A stretch of DNA of 47,909 nt from an uncultured Chloroflexia bacterium (GCA_963752475.1 CAVVYR010000011.1:1-47909), one strand, 5' to 3'. Positions 37,761 through 47,909 are shown, counted from the stretch's first letter. The notes: generated by a model from the letters alone, not told the origin. Numbers and translations are program-made.

Positions 37761-39635
37761 ATGACACCCCGCCGTGTCGTCGCGCTCGCCCAGGCGTTGA
37801 CGATGTCCATGCTGCTTCTGCCTGGGCCCCTCTCTACCGGCCCGGCCGTGGTTCAGGCTGCCCTGCAACCGGCTGATCCCGCGCCGGGCACCGTCTACGA
37901 TGCCGCCGGCAAGGGCATCGGTTGTCAGCCCAGCAGCGGCAAGTACAAGGGTCCCGGCCTGCCCAAGGATCCGCCCTGGCCGCCGGGTGCCGAGCCGACA
38001 CCGAGCCCAACGCCCGAGCCGACGCCCATCGTCGATGACCCCGCCCTCGATGCCGGTGCCGCCGAGGCCCTGGAGGAACCGGTCGCGTCCGAGGAGCCCG
38101 TGGCCGAGGCTGCCACCTACGGCTTCGTGCAGGGTGTGATCCAGCCGACGTCCGAGCTCATCACCGGCCTCGACGTGAGCCACCACAACGGCGACATCGA
38201 CTACTCGGCGGTGAAGGAGGCGGGCCACCGCTTCGTCTTCATCAAGGCCACCCAGGACAACGACTTCATCGACCCCATGTTCCCGACCAACATGGCCCGG
38301 GCACAGGCGGCGGGCCTGGCCGCCGGCGCGTACCACTTCTTCGACTACACGCTCGATGGCCGCGAGCAGGCCGACCACTTCCTCGATCGTGTCGAGGCGG
38401 CCGACGGCATCGATGACGCCCTCCCGCCGGTCGTCGACGTCGAGTGCTGGGCACCCATCGGCTCCTCCATCCATGCGGTCAGTGCGGCCCGACTTCGTGA
38501 CTTCGTCGAGCGCGTCTACGAGCGCACCGGCCGATGGCCGCTGATCTACACCTCGGTCTTCATGTGGCGCGAGGTCGCGGGCAACGCCGAGGGCTTCGAG
38601 GATCTGCCCATGTGGGCGGCCTGCTGGGGCTGCGATCAGCCCATCTCCATCGCGCCTGGCTGGGACGACTGGGTCTTCTGGCAGGAGGGACTCACCCGCA
38701 TCCCCGGCGTCGGCCGTCTCGACGGGAACTACTTCGTGGGCAGCAAGAAGGAGCTCAGGGCGCTGAAGTTGCGACCCTTCGCCCTCGCCGGCGGAGACGT
38801 CGCCACCGGAGGTGGACGGGTCGAGCTCGATCTCGGCGGCCGCACCGGCACCCATATCCGGACCTCATCGGACGGGGAGGACTGGTCGAAGTGGAGCCGG
38901 CTCCGGGCCCAGGCGCCTACCGCCACCATCCCCACCGAGGAGGGCACGTACGAAGTCTTCGCCCAGCTCAAGGCCGCGCCCGGCCTGAAGTCGCCGGTGG
39001 TGAGTGACAGCATCGTCGTCGACACCACGCCGCCGGAGGTCTCGACGCCGTCGGTCGTGATGCGAGCGGGTCCGCTGGGCGCGGGTGAAGCGATCGTGCC
39101 GCTGACCGTCCGCTGGGACGCGCGCGACGAGGTCGCCGGCCTGGCCGATGCCGTGGTCGCGACCGCCTGCGGCGAGGACGCCACCGTGCGCACCGACGCG
39201 CCCGGTCAGGCCGACCCCGGAGAGTCGGTCACGTGGGAGGCCGAGGCCTTCGCCTTCCCGGCCGCCGAGTGCACCGTCACCGCCGTCGGCCGGGACGGTG
39301 CACGCAACCGCACCCGTGCCACCGGTGCGCCATTCGGGGTCGCCTTCGAGCCGGCAGTGGGCACCAGCCCCAGTGCCACCGTCAGCGCCTCGCAGGTCGG
39401 CGTCGTCGCCCGTCGAGGGCCGGAGGCCGGGCGCGTCGCCATCCTGCGCGACGGCGAGACCGTGGCGTCCCTCGACCTCTACGCGCCCGACGAGGAAGCC
39501 GCCGCGGTCGTGTGGGTCGGCGGCCTGCCCTCCGGCGAGCACACCGTCAGCGTCGAGCCCATCGACGATCTGGAGCGCACTGACGATCTCGAGTCGGCCG
39601 TCGAAGGCTTCGTGACCCTGACGCAGCCGAGCTGA
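37761..39635 (+). CDS. Secreted GH25 muramidase with C-terminal beta-sandwich domains
   Basis: GLDVSHHNG, FIKATQ, GAYHF, VDVE (DxE), LIYTS, DGN. Confidence 0.9.
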   Translation: MTPRRVVALAQALTMSMLLLPGPLSTGPAVVQAALQPADPAPGTVYDAAGKGIGCQPSSGKYKGPGLPKDPPWPPGAEPTPSPTPEPTPIVDDPALDAGAAEALEEPVASEEPVAEAATYGFVQGVIQPTSELITGLDVSHHNGDIDYSAVKEAGHRFVFIKATQDNDFIDPMFPTNMARAQAAGLAAGAYHFFDYTLDGREQADHFLDRVEAADGIDDALPPVVDVECWAPIGSSIHAVSAARLRDFVERVYERTGRWPLIYTSVFMWREVAGNAEGFEDLPMWAACWGCDQPISIAPGWDDWVFWQEGLTRIPGVGRLDGNYFVGSKKELRALKLRPFALAGGDVATGGGRVELDLGGRTGTHIRTSSDGEDWSKWSRLRAQAPTATIPTEEGTYEVFAQLKAAPGLKSPVVSDSIVVDTTPPEVSTPSVVMRAGPLGAGEAIVPLTVRWDARDEVAGLADAVVATACGEDATVRTDAPGQADPGESVTWEAEAFAFPAAECTVTAVGRDGARNRTRATGAPFGVAFEPAVGTSPSATVSASQVGVVARRGPEAGRVAILRDGETVASLDLYAPDEEAAAVVWVGGLPSGEHTVSVEPIDDLERTDDLESAVEGFVTLTQPS

Positions 39636-39698
39636 CGACCGTCCCACCCAGGGGCGCCTGCGCCAGCAACGGCACCGCGCCCGACGGGGAGACCTGGG

Positions 39699-40172
39699 CT
39701 ACAGCGAGTAGCGCATGAGGGGTACGGCACGACCAGGCACCCGCGGTACCGGTGACATGGCCACGCGCACCGCGCCCACGTGCAGGTAGAACGGCTCCGC
39801 GAAGGGGTCGGCCTCGAGCTCCATGACGCCCTTGCCCCACTCGCGGCCGATCGCACAGGCGCGCTCGAACCCGATGCGCCCGTAGCCTCGCCCGATGGCC
39901 TCCGGGTCGATCCAGAGATCCTCCAGGTACGCCAGCTCGGTCCGTCGTCGCATGCGCAAAGCCCCGATCAGCCGTCCGTCGTCGCCCTCAAACACCTCCA
40001 CACGGGTGCGCTCATCCTCGAGGTCGGCTTCCTGGAACGTGAGCTCCTGGATGAGCGCGGCCATGAACTCGTCCGAGTAGCCCCAGTGGCGCTTGGAGCG
40101 GATGGCGAGAGCGGTGATGGCTTCGAGCTCGTCGGGGCGTGCAGGCCGGAAGCGGGGCAGGGCAGCGGTCAT
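39699..40172 (-). CDS. GNAT acetyltransferase
   Basis: RSKRHWGY, LWIDPEAIGRGYGR, ADPFAEPFY. Confidence 0.9.
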   Translation of the reverse strand: MTAALPRFRPARPDELEAITALAIRSKRHWGYSDEFMAALIQELTFQEADLEDERTRVEVFEGDDGRLIGALRMRRRTELAYLEDLWIDPEAIGRGYGRIGFERACAIGREWGKGVMELEADPFAEPFYLHVGAVRVAMSPVPRVPGRAVPLMRYSL

Positions 40173-40192
40173 GCCGTCGGTGATCGCGTGCC

Positions 40193-43129
40193 CTACTGAT
40201 CGTCCTTCGTCTTGCCGCGGCCGAGGAGTCCGCGCTTGGTCTTCTTCTCCTCTTCCTTGACCCAGTGCGGCTTCGTCGAGCGTGCCCAGGCGGGACCCGC
40301 CTGCCGTCGCAGCATGATCCAGAGTCCGGCCACACCGATGACCGCGACACCGAAGAAGATGATGCCGGCCAGACGCAGCGAGCCGGTGCCGCCGCCGTTG
40401 TTGACGGTGGAGATGACATCGCCTGAACGGCCGAGCGCGAGGCCCAGATCGCCGTCGATCGCAGCCTGCTTGGCCTCTTCGACCATCTTGTCGACGTCCA
40501 CGCCCCAGAGGCCGAACGAGGTCAGCATGCCGCGCGGTGCGTCAGCGGTCCTGATGGCCAGGCTCACCTGGTCGGCGGTCTGGGCCCGGTCGGCTGCGAG
40601 CTCGGCACCCTCCTGGAGATCCTGCAGGCTGGTGGCGTTCTCGAAGTCCCCCTTGCTACGATCGAGCGCGTCGATGTCGGGCAGTGAATCGTCGGCCCTG
40701 ATGGCGCTCTCGACCCAGGCCTGCGCGGTCTGTGCCGCTGGAACGGCAGCGCCGAAGTCGCCCTCGGCAACGGGCTCGGTGATGATCGGGGGCAGCTGCC
40801 AGTCGGGCACCTGGGTGTTGAGTGCGGCCATGGCGTTGCCGACGGCGATCGCGTCGCCCATGCGGGCCTCGATCTCCTCGCGCAGCGCAGCCATCTCGGC
40901 GCCGGTGGTGACGCCTTCGAAGCGCGGCCGCACCTCTTCGCGCAACCCGGTCTCGATGAGGTCGAGATCGGCGGCGCTGGCGAGTGCCAGGTCTGCCGCC
41001 CGCGCGGCCTCCACGACCGCTCCGGCGTCCTCGACGATGGCTAGACCGGTCTCCAGCTGACCCTGCTCGAGTGGACGGGTGACGGCATCGGGGATGATCC
41101 AGTCCCCGATCTTGTTCTCCAGCTCCCCGAGCGCGTAGCTGGCCCGCTCCGCGTCCCGCCGGTCGGACGTGGCGTCAGCTGCCAGCTCCTCGAGCTTTGC
41201 GGCGGTGGTGGTGTTCTCGAATCGTATCTGGTACTTCTGGAGCAGGCCGGCCTGGGGCAGGAACCCATTCGCCTGGGCGACCTCCTGCGCCGCTGTGATG
41301 GCCGGGGTGATGGCCGGCATGATGTCGTCGAAGCGCTGCTCCGCGAGGGCGGCGTTCACCGCGACCGGGAACGTCCAACCGGGCGGCAGCGCGTCAGAGA
41401 GATCGCCCAACGGGCCCACTACCTGGCGGGCGCCTTCGAGCAGCGATTCGGTCCACTCGGTGACCTCGTCGAGCTCCTCCTCATTCTCGGCGGCCTCGAA
41501 CTGTGGCTGCACGATGGGCCCGAGGTCCGCCTCCGGCAGCAGCCGGTTGGCCTCCTCGAGGGCTTCGTAGACACGCGTCGACTGCTCGATACGCTCGATC
41601 GCGCGTACGAAGTTCCAGTCGTCCATGTCCTTGCGCACCGCATGGGGCGCACCCATCGGCGCAGCCAGCTCGAGGAACTCGTGGTAGCTGGCACGCGCTT
41701 CGGAGCGGAGCTCGAGCTCGGGCACGCTACTGGGGATGCCGAACACGTCGAGCAGGTCCTGGGCGAAGTCGAGGTTCTCGAGGTTGGCCGCGTATGCCGG
41801 GTCGGCCTTGCCCGCCGGGACGAGGCCGCGCTCGTCGACCGCGTCGAGCCACTCCCGGTAGTCGACGACGGTCTGGGTGCCGACTTCCGGACCGGCCGAG
41901 CCGACGTACTTCGTCTCGCCGCGCAGCATCGAGCCGAGGACCTCGTCCTTGAAGGTGTCCTCGGGCATGCGCTCGGCCAAGGCCGTGACGATGCCGCAGG
42001 CGGCCGCTTCCTGGGCCTCGATGATGGCCTCGTAATCCTCCGGTGCGTTGGGCTGGACCACGACCCAGTCGGAGAGCGCGAGCTCCATGGGGTTGGTGGC
42101 GGCCGGGTCACAGGTTTCGTCGGTCACGCCGGCTGCGATCCAGTCGGCCAGGCCCTCGCGCAGCCAGATCTCGCTGACGTTGTCCTTGCCGAACCAGGCA
42201 TGGGCCATCTGGTGCTCGATATCACGGGTACCGCCGGTCTCGTCGAGCTGGACCACGCCGGGAGAGTCGTGCTGGCTGGCGTAGCCGCCGGCCTCGCGCA
42301 CGGGCGCCTCGCGGATGATGACCGGACCCTCGCCGGGGATGTCGTGGCCGAGGAACGCGTGGATATCGTTGAGCGCCGGGTCGACACGCCTGGCCGCCGA
42401 CACCAGCCACTGCGGGTCACTGGCCCAGGCCTGTAGCTCGATCTCACGGTCGGCCGGCCCGATGATGGTGTCCTTGGCCAGGCGACCCTCGCGGACACCC
42501 TCGATGCAGGTGAACTCTGTGCCTGGGTTCGAGGACTCGAGCGAGAGCTCCGAGGTGGTCGTCTGCATCGGTGTACCGGACTGGGAGAAGTCCCAGTTGC
42601 TGCCGCTGACCTTCACGGTCACGTCGCTGCTGTCGACGTCCTGGCCGGGTACGCAGAGGTAGAAGTAGCTGGGGTCGACGCGCACCGGGTCGGCTTCGTC
42701 GGTGGCGCCGATGGCGGCGTCGAGGTTGTAGGAGACGCGGAAGAACGAGTTGTTGCGGCCTCCGTCGATCTTCTGCGTGCGGACCCAGATGTGCTCCCAG
42801 GGCGCGTTGAGGCCGGGTACGTCCACGGCGCGGTTCGTCTTGGAGGCGGCGCCGCCGATCGAGGGCGTGGCCGCGCTCTCCACGACCACTGGTCCCCACC
42901 GTTGCGCTGGATAATCCGCCTGGCCCGTGCTCAGGGTGAAGACCATGCGGACCTTGACCCTGCCGCTGGACGGCACGACCTCATAGGTGACGACAGCGCC
43001 TTCACTCAGGTCAGGCGATCGGGCGGCGATGGGCAGGGTCATCACGATCGTGGCGACGAGCGTAAGGACTACTGCGACGAGGGCGCGGCAGGCCCCAGAC
43101 GACATGGGACGTTCCTCGTTGGCGGACAT
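40193..43129 (-). CDS. Membrane-anchored gluzincin/M1-peptidase-like protein (HQxxH) with helical repeats
   Basis: Signal peptide, HQMAHAWFG...WLREGLA, ~95-aa repeats, C-terminal TM and basic tail; start uncertain (43129 or 43105). Confidence 0.8.
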   Translation of the reverse strand: MSANEERPMSSGACRALVAVVLTLVATIVMTLPIAARSPDLSEGAVVTYEVVPSSGRVKVRMVFTLSTGQADYPAQRWGPVVVESAATPSIGGAASKTNRAVDVPGLNAPWEHIWVRTQKIDGGRNNSFFRVSYNLDAAIGATDEADPVRVDPSYFYLCVPGQDVDSSDVTVKVSGSNWDFSQSGTPMQTTTSELSLESSNPGTEFTCIEGVREGRLAKDTIIGPADREIELQAWASDPQWLVSAARRVDPALNDIHAFLGHDIPGEGPVIIREAPVREAGGYASQHDSPGVVQLDETGGTRDIEHQMAHAWFGKDNVSEIWLREGLADWIAAGVTDETCDPAATNPMELALSDWVVVQPNAPEDYEAIIEAQEAAACGIVTALAERMPEDTFKDEVLGSMLRGETKYVGSAGPEVGTQTVVDYREWLDAVDERGLVPAGKADPAYAANLENLDFAQDLLDVFGIPSSVPELELRSEARASYHEFLELAAPMGAPHAVRKDMDDWNFVRAIERIEQSTRVYEALEEANRLLPEADLGPIVQPQFEAAENEEELDEVTEWTESLLEGARQVVGPLGDLSDALPPGWTFPVAVNAALAEQRFDDIMPAITPAITAAQEVAQANGFLPQAGLLQKYQIRFENTTTAAKLEELAADATSDRRDAERASYALGELENKIGDWIIPDAVTRPLEQGQLETGLAIVEDAGAVVEAARAADLALASAADLDLIETGLREEVRPRFEGVTTGAEMAALREEIEARMGDAIAVGNAMAALNTQVPDWQLPPIITEPVAEGDFGAAVPAAQTAQAWVESAIRADDSLPDIDALDRSKGDFENATSLQDLQEGAELAADRAQTADQVSLAIRTADAPRGMLTSFGLWGVDVDKMVEEAKQAAIDGDLGLALGRSGDVISTVNNGGGTGSLRLAGIIFFGVAVIGVAGLWIMLRRQAGPAWARSTKPHWVKEEEKKTKRGLLGRGKTKDDQ

Positions 43130-43233
43130 GGATGTGCGGTTTGGTGTGGTCGTGAAGGTACCGTGAACGCTGAACCTCAGCAAGGCGGACCATCGGCAGC
43201 GCTTGGGCAGGACCGCTCACCCATACTCGTTGC

Positions 43234-44448
43234 GTGAGACACGGACGCATCAGCCTGATCCAGGCCGGATACGGCGTTGCCCTCGGGCTGCTCATGCCGT
43301 TCACGCTGCCCCTGCTGGCCGAGCGTGGCCTCGCGGCCGCGCAGATCGGCCTGATCATGGGCGTCACCGGCCTGGCCGCGCTGGTAGCCTACCCGGCTTG
43401 GGGCGCCGTTGCCGACGGCTGGCTGGGCCGGCCGCGCACGATCGTGCTCTCCTCACTGGCCGCAGCGCTCGGTGGCGCCTGGATCCTGCTCGCCGGCGAC
43501 GAGCCGGCGGCGCTGACCGCCGCCTTGTCGGTGGCGGTCGTCGGCGCCATGGCCTGGGGCCCGCTCATCGACGCGCTCACCCTCGAGTTGCTCGGCGAAG
43601 GCTCGGCCGACTACGGCCGCATCCGGGTCTGGACGTCGGCTGGCTGGGCCGCGTCCACCTTCGCGGCCGGCCTCATCTGGGCCGCTTTGGGGCCGGCGCC
43701 GGTGTACATCGCGTTCGTGGCGGGGTCCCTGGCGCTGGCGGGGCTCGTGCTGCTGCCCCTGCCGCCGCCGGACGGCCACGTTGCCGGCGATGGTCACGAC
43801 GAACGACCACGACCGGCGCTTCGCACCTGGCTGCCGCTGCTGACCACGCCCTTGATGCTCGGCTTCCTCGCGGGCCTCCTGCTGACCGCCATCGGGGAAC
43901 ACGCTTCGGCGCGCTACGTCAGCCTGCGCATCCTCGACCAGGGTGGCGGCATCGTGCTCGTGGGTGTGGCCGCGGCCCTGCCGGCGCTGGTGGAGACGCC
44001 GGTCTTCTTCTCGTCGCGCCAGCTGGCCGCACGCTTCGGGCTGCGCCTGCTCTTCGTGGGTGGCGCCATCGTGGCCGCGGTGCTGATGGGCCTGGTGGCG
44101 GTCGCGCCGGAGCCGTGGATGGCGGCCGGCTTGCGCACGCTCGAGGGCACCTCCTACGCGCTGCGCTACATGGCCATGGTGCTCATCATCGGCGCGCTCA
44201 TGCCACGTCAGCTCTACGCGCTGGGCCAGTCGGTGGCCTGGTTCGTCTACGCCGGCATCGCGCCCATCGCCGCCGACGTGGCCGGCGGCCTGATCTACGA
44301 GGCCCTCGGGGCCGAGGCGCTCTTCGTCCTCATCATGGGCGCCTTCTTCGGTGGCGGCGGCGTGGTCTGGCTCGTGCTGCGTGGACCGCGCTTCGGGCCG
44401 CAACGGGTACCGGCTACCGACATGCCACCGCCGGCGACCCCGGTCTAG
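43234..44448 (+). CDS. MFS transporter
   Basis: About 12 hydrophobic segments; WGAVAD; DYGRIRVW; CATACT-N6-GTG. Confidence 0.9.
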   Translation: MRHGRISLIQAGYGVALGLLMPFTLPLLAERGLAAAQIGLIMGVTGLAALVAYPAWGAVADGWLGRPRTIVLSSLAAALGGAWILLAGDEPAALTAALSVAVVGAMAWGPLIDALTLELLGEGSADYGRIRVWTSAGWAASTFAAGLIWAALGPAPVYIAFVAGSLALAGLVLLPLPPPDGHVAGDGHDERPRPALRTWLPLLTTPLMLGFLAGLLLTAIGEHASARYVSLRILDQGGGIVLVGVAAALPALVETPVFFSSRQLAARFGLRLLFVGGAIVAAVLMGLVAVAPEPWMAAGLRTLEGTSYALRYMAMVLIIGALMPRQLYALGQSVAWFVYAGIAPIAADVAGGLIYEALGAEALFVLIMGAFFGGGGVVWLVLRGPRFGPQRVPATDMPPPATPV

Positions 44449-44467
44449 TCCTGGATCCGACCCGGAC

Positions 44468-45586
44468 CTAGGCGATCCACTCCCCCGCGCGCATCACGCG
44501 CCGCACCGCGAACGAGTCTGCGTCCAGCTCGACGAGATCGGCACGCAGTCCGGGTGCCAGGCGCCCGCGGTCGTCGAGGCCCAGCAGCGCGGCGGGGTTG
44601 GCGGCGGCCGCGCGAACGGCCTCGACCAGGGGGATCCCAGCTCGCACGACGTTGCGCAACGCGAGGTCCAGGGCCGAGACCGAGCCTGCGAGGTTGCCGC
44701 CGTCGACGAGCGTGACCATGTCGCCGTCGACGCGCACCTCGAGCTCACCGAGCATGCCGCGGCTGACGCCCGAGCCGGCGAGGGCGATGGCATCCGACAC
44801 CAACAGGACGCGCTCGGCCGGCTTGAGGCTCCAGATGAGCGGCCACAGGTCGGGGTCGACGTGCAGCGTGTCGGCGATGAGCTCGACCCAGACGGCGTCG
44901 TCGAGCAGCGCCGCCAGGGCCAGGCCCGGCTCGCGATGGACGACGCCGACCATGGCGTTGAAGAGGTGGGTCGTGGTCACCGCGCCGGCGTCGTAGCCTG
45001 CGCGCGACTCGGGCACCGTGGCCGCGGAGTGGCCCAGCGAGACCTTCACGCCCCGCGCGGCCAGCCGCCGGATGAGGTCCGGCGCGCCACGCAACTCGGG
45101 CGCGATGGTGATGATCCGCAGACCCTCGACGAAGGTTGCGAGGCGCTCGTCATCGAGGTCCTCGGGGTGGCGCAGCAGGTCCGCCGGATGGGCGCCCTTC
45201 TTCTTCTCCGCGAGGAACGGGCCTTCCATGTTGAAGCCCAGCGGTTCGGCGCCATCGCCCGGCGCGCCCGGTATCCACTCGCGCACCGAATCGGCGAAGA
45301 TCGTCAGCTTCTCGAAGGAGGCGGTGACGGATGTGGGCAGGAACGAGGTCACACCACGAGCCGCGAGTGCCCGGGCCATGCCCGAGAGTGCTTCGCTGCC
45401 GCCCATGGCGTCATGACCGCCCCAGCCGTGGATGTGGACATCGATGAAGCCCGGCACCACCAGCACATCCGAGAGCGCGCTGCCATCAGGCTCGATCGCG
45501 GCGATGCGGCCGTCGTCGTCGACATGCAGGTGACCCACCGCCTCCCCATCGTCGAGGACGAGGCGTCCGCTGATCGTCTCAGTCAT
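44468..45586 (-). CDS. nagA: N-acetylglucosamine-6-phosphate deacetylase
   Basis: PGFIDVHIHG, EGPFL...KGAH, TIAPE, GHS, HLFNAM, LVSDA, LAGS. Confidence 0.95.
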   Translation of the reverse strand: MTETISGRLVLDDGEAVGHLHVDDDGRIAAIEPDGSALSDVLVVPGFIDVHIHGWGGHDAMGGSEALSGMARALAARGVTSFLPTSVTASFEKLTIFADSVREWIPGAPGDGAEPLGFNMEGPFLAEKKKGAHPADLLRHPEDLDDERLATFVEGLRIITIAPELRGAPDLIRRLAARGVKVSLGHSAATVPESRAGYDAGAVTTTHLFNAMVGVVHREPGLALAALLDDAVWVELIADTLHVDPDLWPLIWSLKPAERVLLVSDAIALAGSGVSRGMLGELEVRVDGDMVTLVDGGNLAGSVSALDLALRNVVRAGIPLVEAVRAAAANPAALLGLDDRGRLAPGLRADLVELDADSFAVRRVMRAGEWIA

Positions 45587-46727
45587 AGTTCCCGGCCTCC
45601 TCTACCGCGTCCCAGAAGGCGAGGATGTTCTCGACCGGGACCTGTGCCTGCATGTTGTGGATGCTGGCGATGACGAAGCCGCCGCCAGGCTTGAGATCGC
45701 CGATGCGGCGGACGGTCTCCTCGTGTACCTCCTCGGGGGTGCCACGCGCAAGGGTCTTCTGCGGATCGACGGTGCCGCCCCAGAAGGTGATGTCGCTTCC
45801 GAACTCGGCCTTGAGTTCCGCGGTCTCCATGCCCTCGGCGCTGACCTGGACCGGGTTGAGCGCGTCCACGCCGATGTCGATGAGGTCGGGGATGAGCTCC
45901 TTGATGGCGCCGCAGGAGTGGAGGAAGAACCTGGCCTTGGAGCGGCTCTTGATGAGGTCGATGATCTCGCGGTGCAGCGGCTTGACGATGTCGCGATAGG
46001 CGCCCGGGCTGAAGAGCGGGGCGTGCTGGGCACCGAGATCGTCCGCTTCGGCAGCGATGTCGATGTCCGGGCCGATCTCGTCGAGCACCTTCTCCCAGTA
46101 GGCCAGCTTGAGATCGGTGACCTTGCGCATGAGCTTCCTGGCGAGATCGGGGTTCAGGGCCATATCCATGTACCCGTCCTCGTAGCCGCGCATGCGGAAG
46201 TGCATCTCGGTCACACCGGCGCAGAGGGAGCCGACGACCGATGCTCGGCCCTCGACCTCGTGGATCTCTCGCGCCCGCTCCTTCATGCCCTCGAAGCGGC
46301 CGGGGTCGACCGGATCGGGCCAGGGGTAGGCCTCGATGTCGTCCTCGCTGATGGAGCCTGAGAGCGGCGACGTGGTGGACTCGTAGTAGAGCCCGCCGTG
46401 TGGCCGGGCGCGCAGCACCCCGAACTCGTCGAGGAAGCGCTCGTACTCGCCGTCGTCGGTGATCTCCTTGGTGAAGCCGTGCGGCGAGCCGCCGGTGATG
46501 AGAGCGACGTCCGTGCCCAGCCGCCGCTTGATGTCCTCGTGCGTGCCGGCGAGACCCTGCGTCGTGTCGACGATACGGATCTCCTCGTCCGGCAGCTCCA
46601 GCGCCGGCCGCAGCCGTTTGTAGGCCTCCGCGTGGATGCTGCTGTAGCGCGTGCCGGCGAAGTCGCGCGGCACGCGGTCGGCTTCCCTGTGGTCGAGCGC
46701 CGCGAGGACGCGTTCGCGTGATTCCAT
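45579..46727 (-). CDS. Uroporphyrinogen decarboxylase / MtaA-CmuA methyltransferase family protein
   Basis: SRERVLAALDH.E.DRVP, ADDLG, LHSCG, LNPVQ, FWGG, HNMQ. Confidence 0.9.
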   Translation of the reverse strand: MESRERVLAALDHREADRVPRDFAGTRYSSIHAEAYKRLRPALELPDEEIRIVDTTQGLAGTHEDIKRRLGTDVALITGGSPHGFTKEITDDGEYERFLDEFGVLRARPHGGLYYESTTSPLSGSISEDDIEAYPWPDPVDPGRFEGMKERAREIHEVEGRASVVGSLCAGVTEMHFRMRGYEDGYMDMALNPDLARKLMRKVTDLKLAYWEKVLDEIGPDIDIAAEADDLGAQHAPLFSPGAYRDIVKPLHREIIDLIKSRSKARFFLHSCGAIKELIPDLIDIGVDALNPVQVSAEGMETAELKAEFGSDITFWGGTVDPQKTLARGTPEEVHEETVRRIGDLKPGGGFVIASIHNMQAQVPVENILAFWDAVEEAGNYD

Positions 46728-46777
46728 GCTGCTGTGCCTACTCCCTGGACTTGCTGTCGGCCAGAATGACGATGGGA

Positions 46778-47524
46778 TCAGACATCGGGTGAGACGGTGA
46801 TGCCGCCGCTGTCCTCCACGGAGAACCCGACGTCGAGGCCATAGCGGTCGGCCGCGTAGCGCGATTCGGTGCGCTCGATGGGTTTCCCCCGCTGGTCGAA
46901 GATGAGGCGACGCTCCACGAGCATCGGCGAGCCCGGGCGTACGCCGAGCAGGACCGCATCATCGCTGCTGGCAGCCTCGGCGCCGATGGTGGCCTGGCCG
47001 CGTGTGGGCACCGTGCCGCTGCTGATGAGCGCTTCGTGCAGGGAGCCGGTCTCGAGGTCGGCGGCCATCACGACCTCGGCGCAGTGGTAGGCGAGCACGG
47101 CGGTCTCCAGGCACACCGGCTCATGATCGGCGAGGCGGACCCGGCGCAGCTCCACGATCTCGCTGTCGCGATCGGCACGCAGCTCGACTCGTTCGCGGTC
47201 GGTCGGCCGGCGGGTGCGGCGCTCGACGATGCGCGAGCTGGGCACCCGGCCCTGGCGGCGCATCTCGTGGCTGAAGGTCATGAGGAAGTTGGCTCGACGA
47301 TGCGTCGGCGGCTCGGCCACGAACGTGCCTCGGCCCGGATCACGCCGCACCAGACCCTCGTCGGCCAGCTGGGCCATGGCGTGGCGGGCGGTCATGCGGC
47401 TGACCCCGAACTCCTGGCACAGGTCGGCGTCGCTCGGGAGCCGTTGGCCCGGACGCAGGCGGCTGATACGTGCGCGCAGGGCGGCTTCGATCTCGCGGTA
47501 GCGGGGCGCGTAGTGCATGCTCAC
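46778..47524 (-). CDS. GntR/HutC (UTRA) transcriptional regulator, NagR/DasR-like
   Basis: LPSDADLCQEFGVSRMTAR, GRGTFV, UTRA domain; in an operon with nagA. Confidence 0.92.
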   Translation of the reverse strand: MSMHYAPRYREIEAALRARISRLRPGQRLPSDADLCQEFGVSRMTARHAMAQLADEGLVRRDPGRGTFVAEPPTHRRANFLMTFSHEMRRQGRVPSSRIVERRTRRPTDRERVELRADRDSEIVELRRVRLADHEPVCLETAVLAYHCAEVVMAADLETGSLHEALISSGTVPTRGQATIGAEAASSDDAVLLGVRPGSPMLVERRLIFDQRGKPIERTESRYAADRYGLDVGFSVEDSGGITVSPDV

Positions 47525-47907
47525 GACGCCAGCTCGATCTGGCCCCGGCGGGCGGCCTGCTCGGCACCGTGGACGGCGGCGCCGATGGCCCCGGCCCAGG
47601 TGCCCAGCTCGGCGATCACGACGTCCACGCGATCACCCGAGTCGATGAGCACGCGCTTGTCCATCTCCACCTTGATGGCTTCGGTGATGAGGTCACCGGC
47701 GCTGGACCAGCCGCCACCGAGGATGACGCGTTCGGGTGTGAGCACGGTGATGGCGTTGCTGATGCCGATGCCGAGGTAGCGGCCGATGCGAGCCAGGCCG
47801 TCGATACAGCGCTGGTCGCCGGCACGGGCCTTCTCGATGGCCTCACGCGGATCCGCGGTGCCGCACTCCGCCGCGACCTGGTCGGCCCGACAGAACGACT
47901 CCATGCA
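47521..47907 (-). CDS. ROK family sugar kinase/regulator (5'-partial)
   Basis: CMESF, YLGIGISN...PERVILGGG, AGAIGAA. Confidence 0.9.
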   Translation of the reverse strand, partial: CMESFCRADQVAAECGTADPREAIEKARAGDQRCIDGLARIGRYLGIGISNAITVLTPERVILGGGWSSAGDLITEAIKVEMDKRVLIDSGDRVDVVIAELGTWAGAIGAAVHGAEQAARRGQIELAS

Positions 47908-47909
47908 AC

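Noticed and set aside
37761-39635. GH25 as a prophage endolysin
   Set aside because: It has a signal peptide and large accessory domains, and no phage genes or holin are nearby
43203-45673. Alternative-frame ORFs (422 and 440 aa)
   Set aside because: Frame or antisense shadows of the MFS gene and nagA

Overview
GC-rich bacterial chromosomal window with about 42 plausible CDS. Gene content and promoter style suggest a Chloroflexota- or Actinomycetota-like organism (inference only). I saw no rRNA, tRNA, CRISPR array, integrase or transposase. About 1.9-21 kb is a toxin-antitoxin/defence-like region mixed with metabolic genes. It holds an archaeal-type ATPase-PD-(D/E)xK protein, a DUF3368-type PIN toxin paired with an RHH/UPF0175 antitoxin fused to a UDG-like domain, two VapBC pairs, MazEF, a NERD-helicase, an orphan RHH, a vapC-like scar, a degenerate nuclease-fold protein, and a coupled small ORF/CBS-HEPN/N-formylglutamate amidohydrolase unit. 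At 22.3-27 kb lies an operon of four paralogous secreted proteins with a shared N-terminal module and different C-termini, including a 655-bp near-identical duplication. At 29.7-36.8 kb are two tandem zinc ribbon-class III cyclase-STAND ATPase-TPR paralogs. The right end has a GH25 muramidase, a GNAT, a membrane HQxxH pseudo-peptidase, an MFS transporter and a ROK-GntR-URO-D-family-nagA operon. Many genes appear leaderless (-10 hexamer 6-7 nt before the start). All calls come from manual motif reading; no searches were run.
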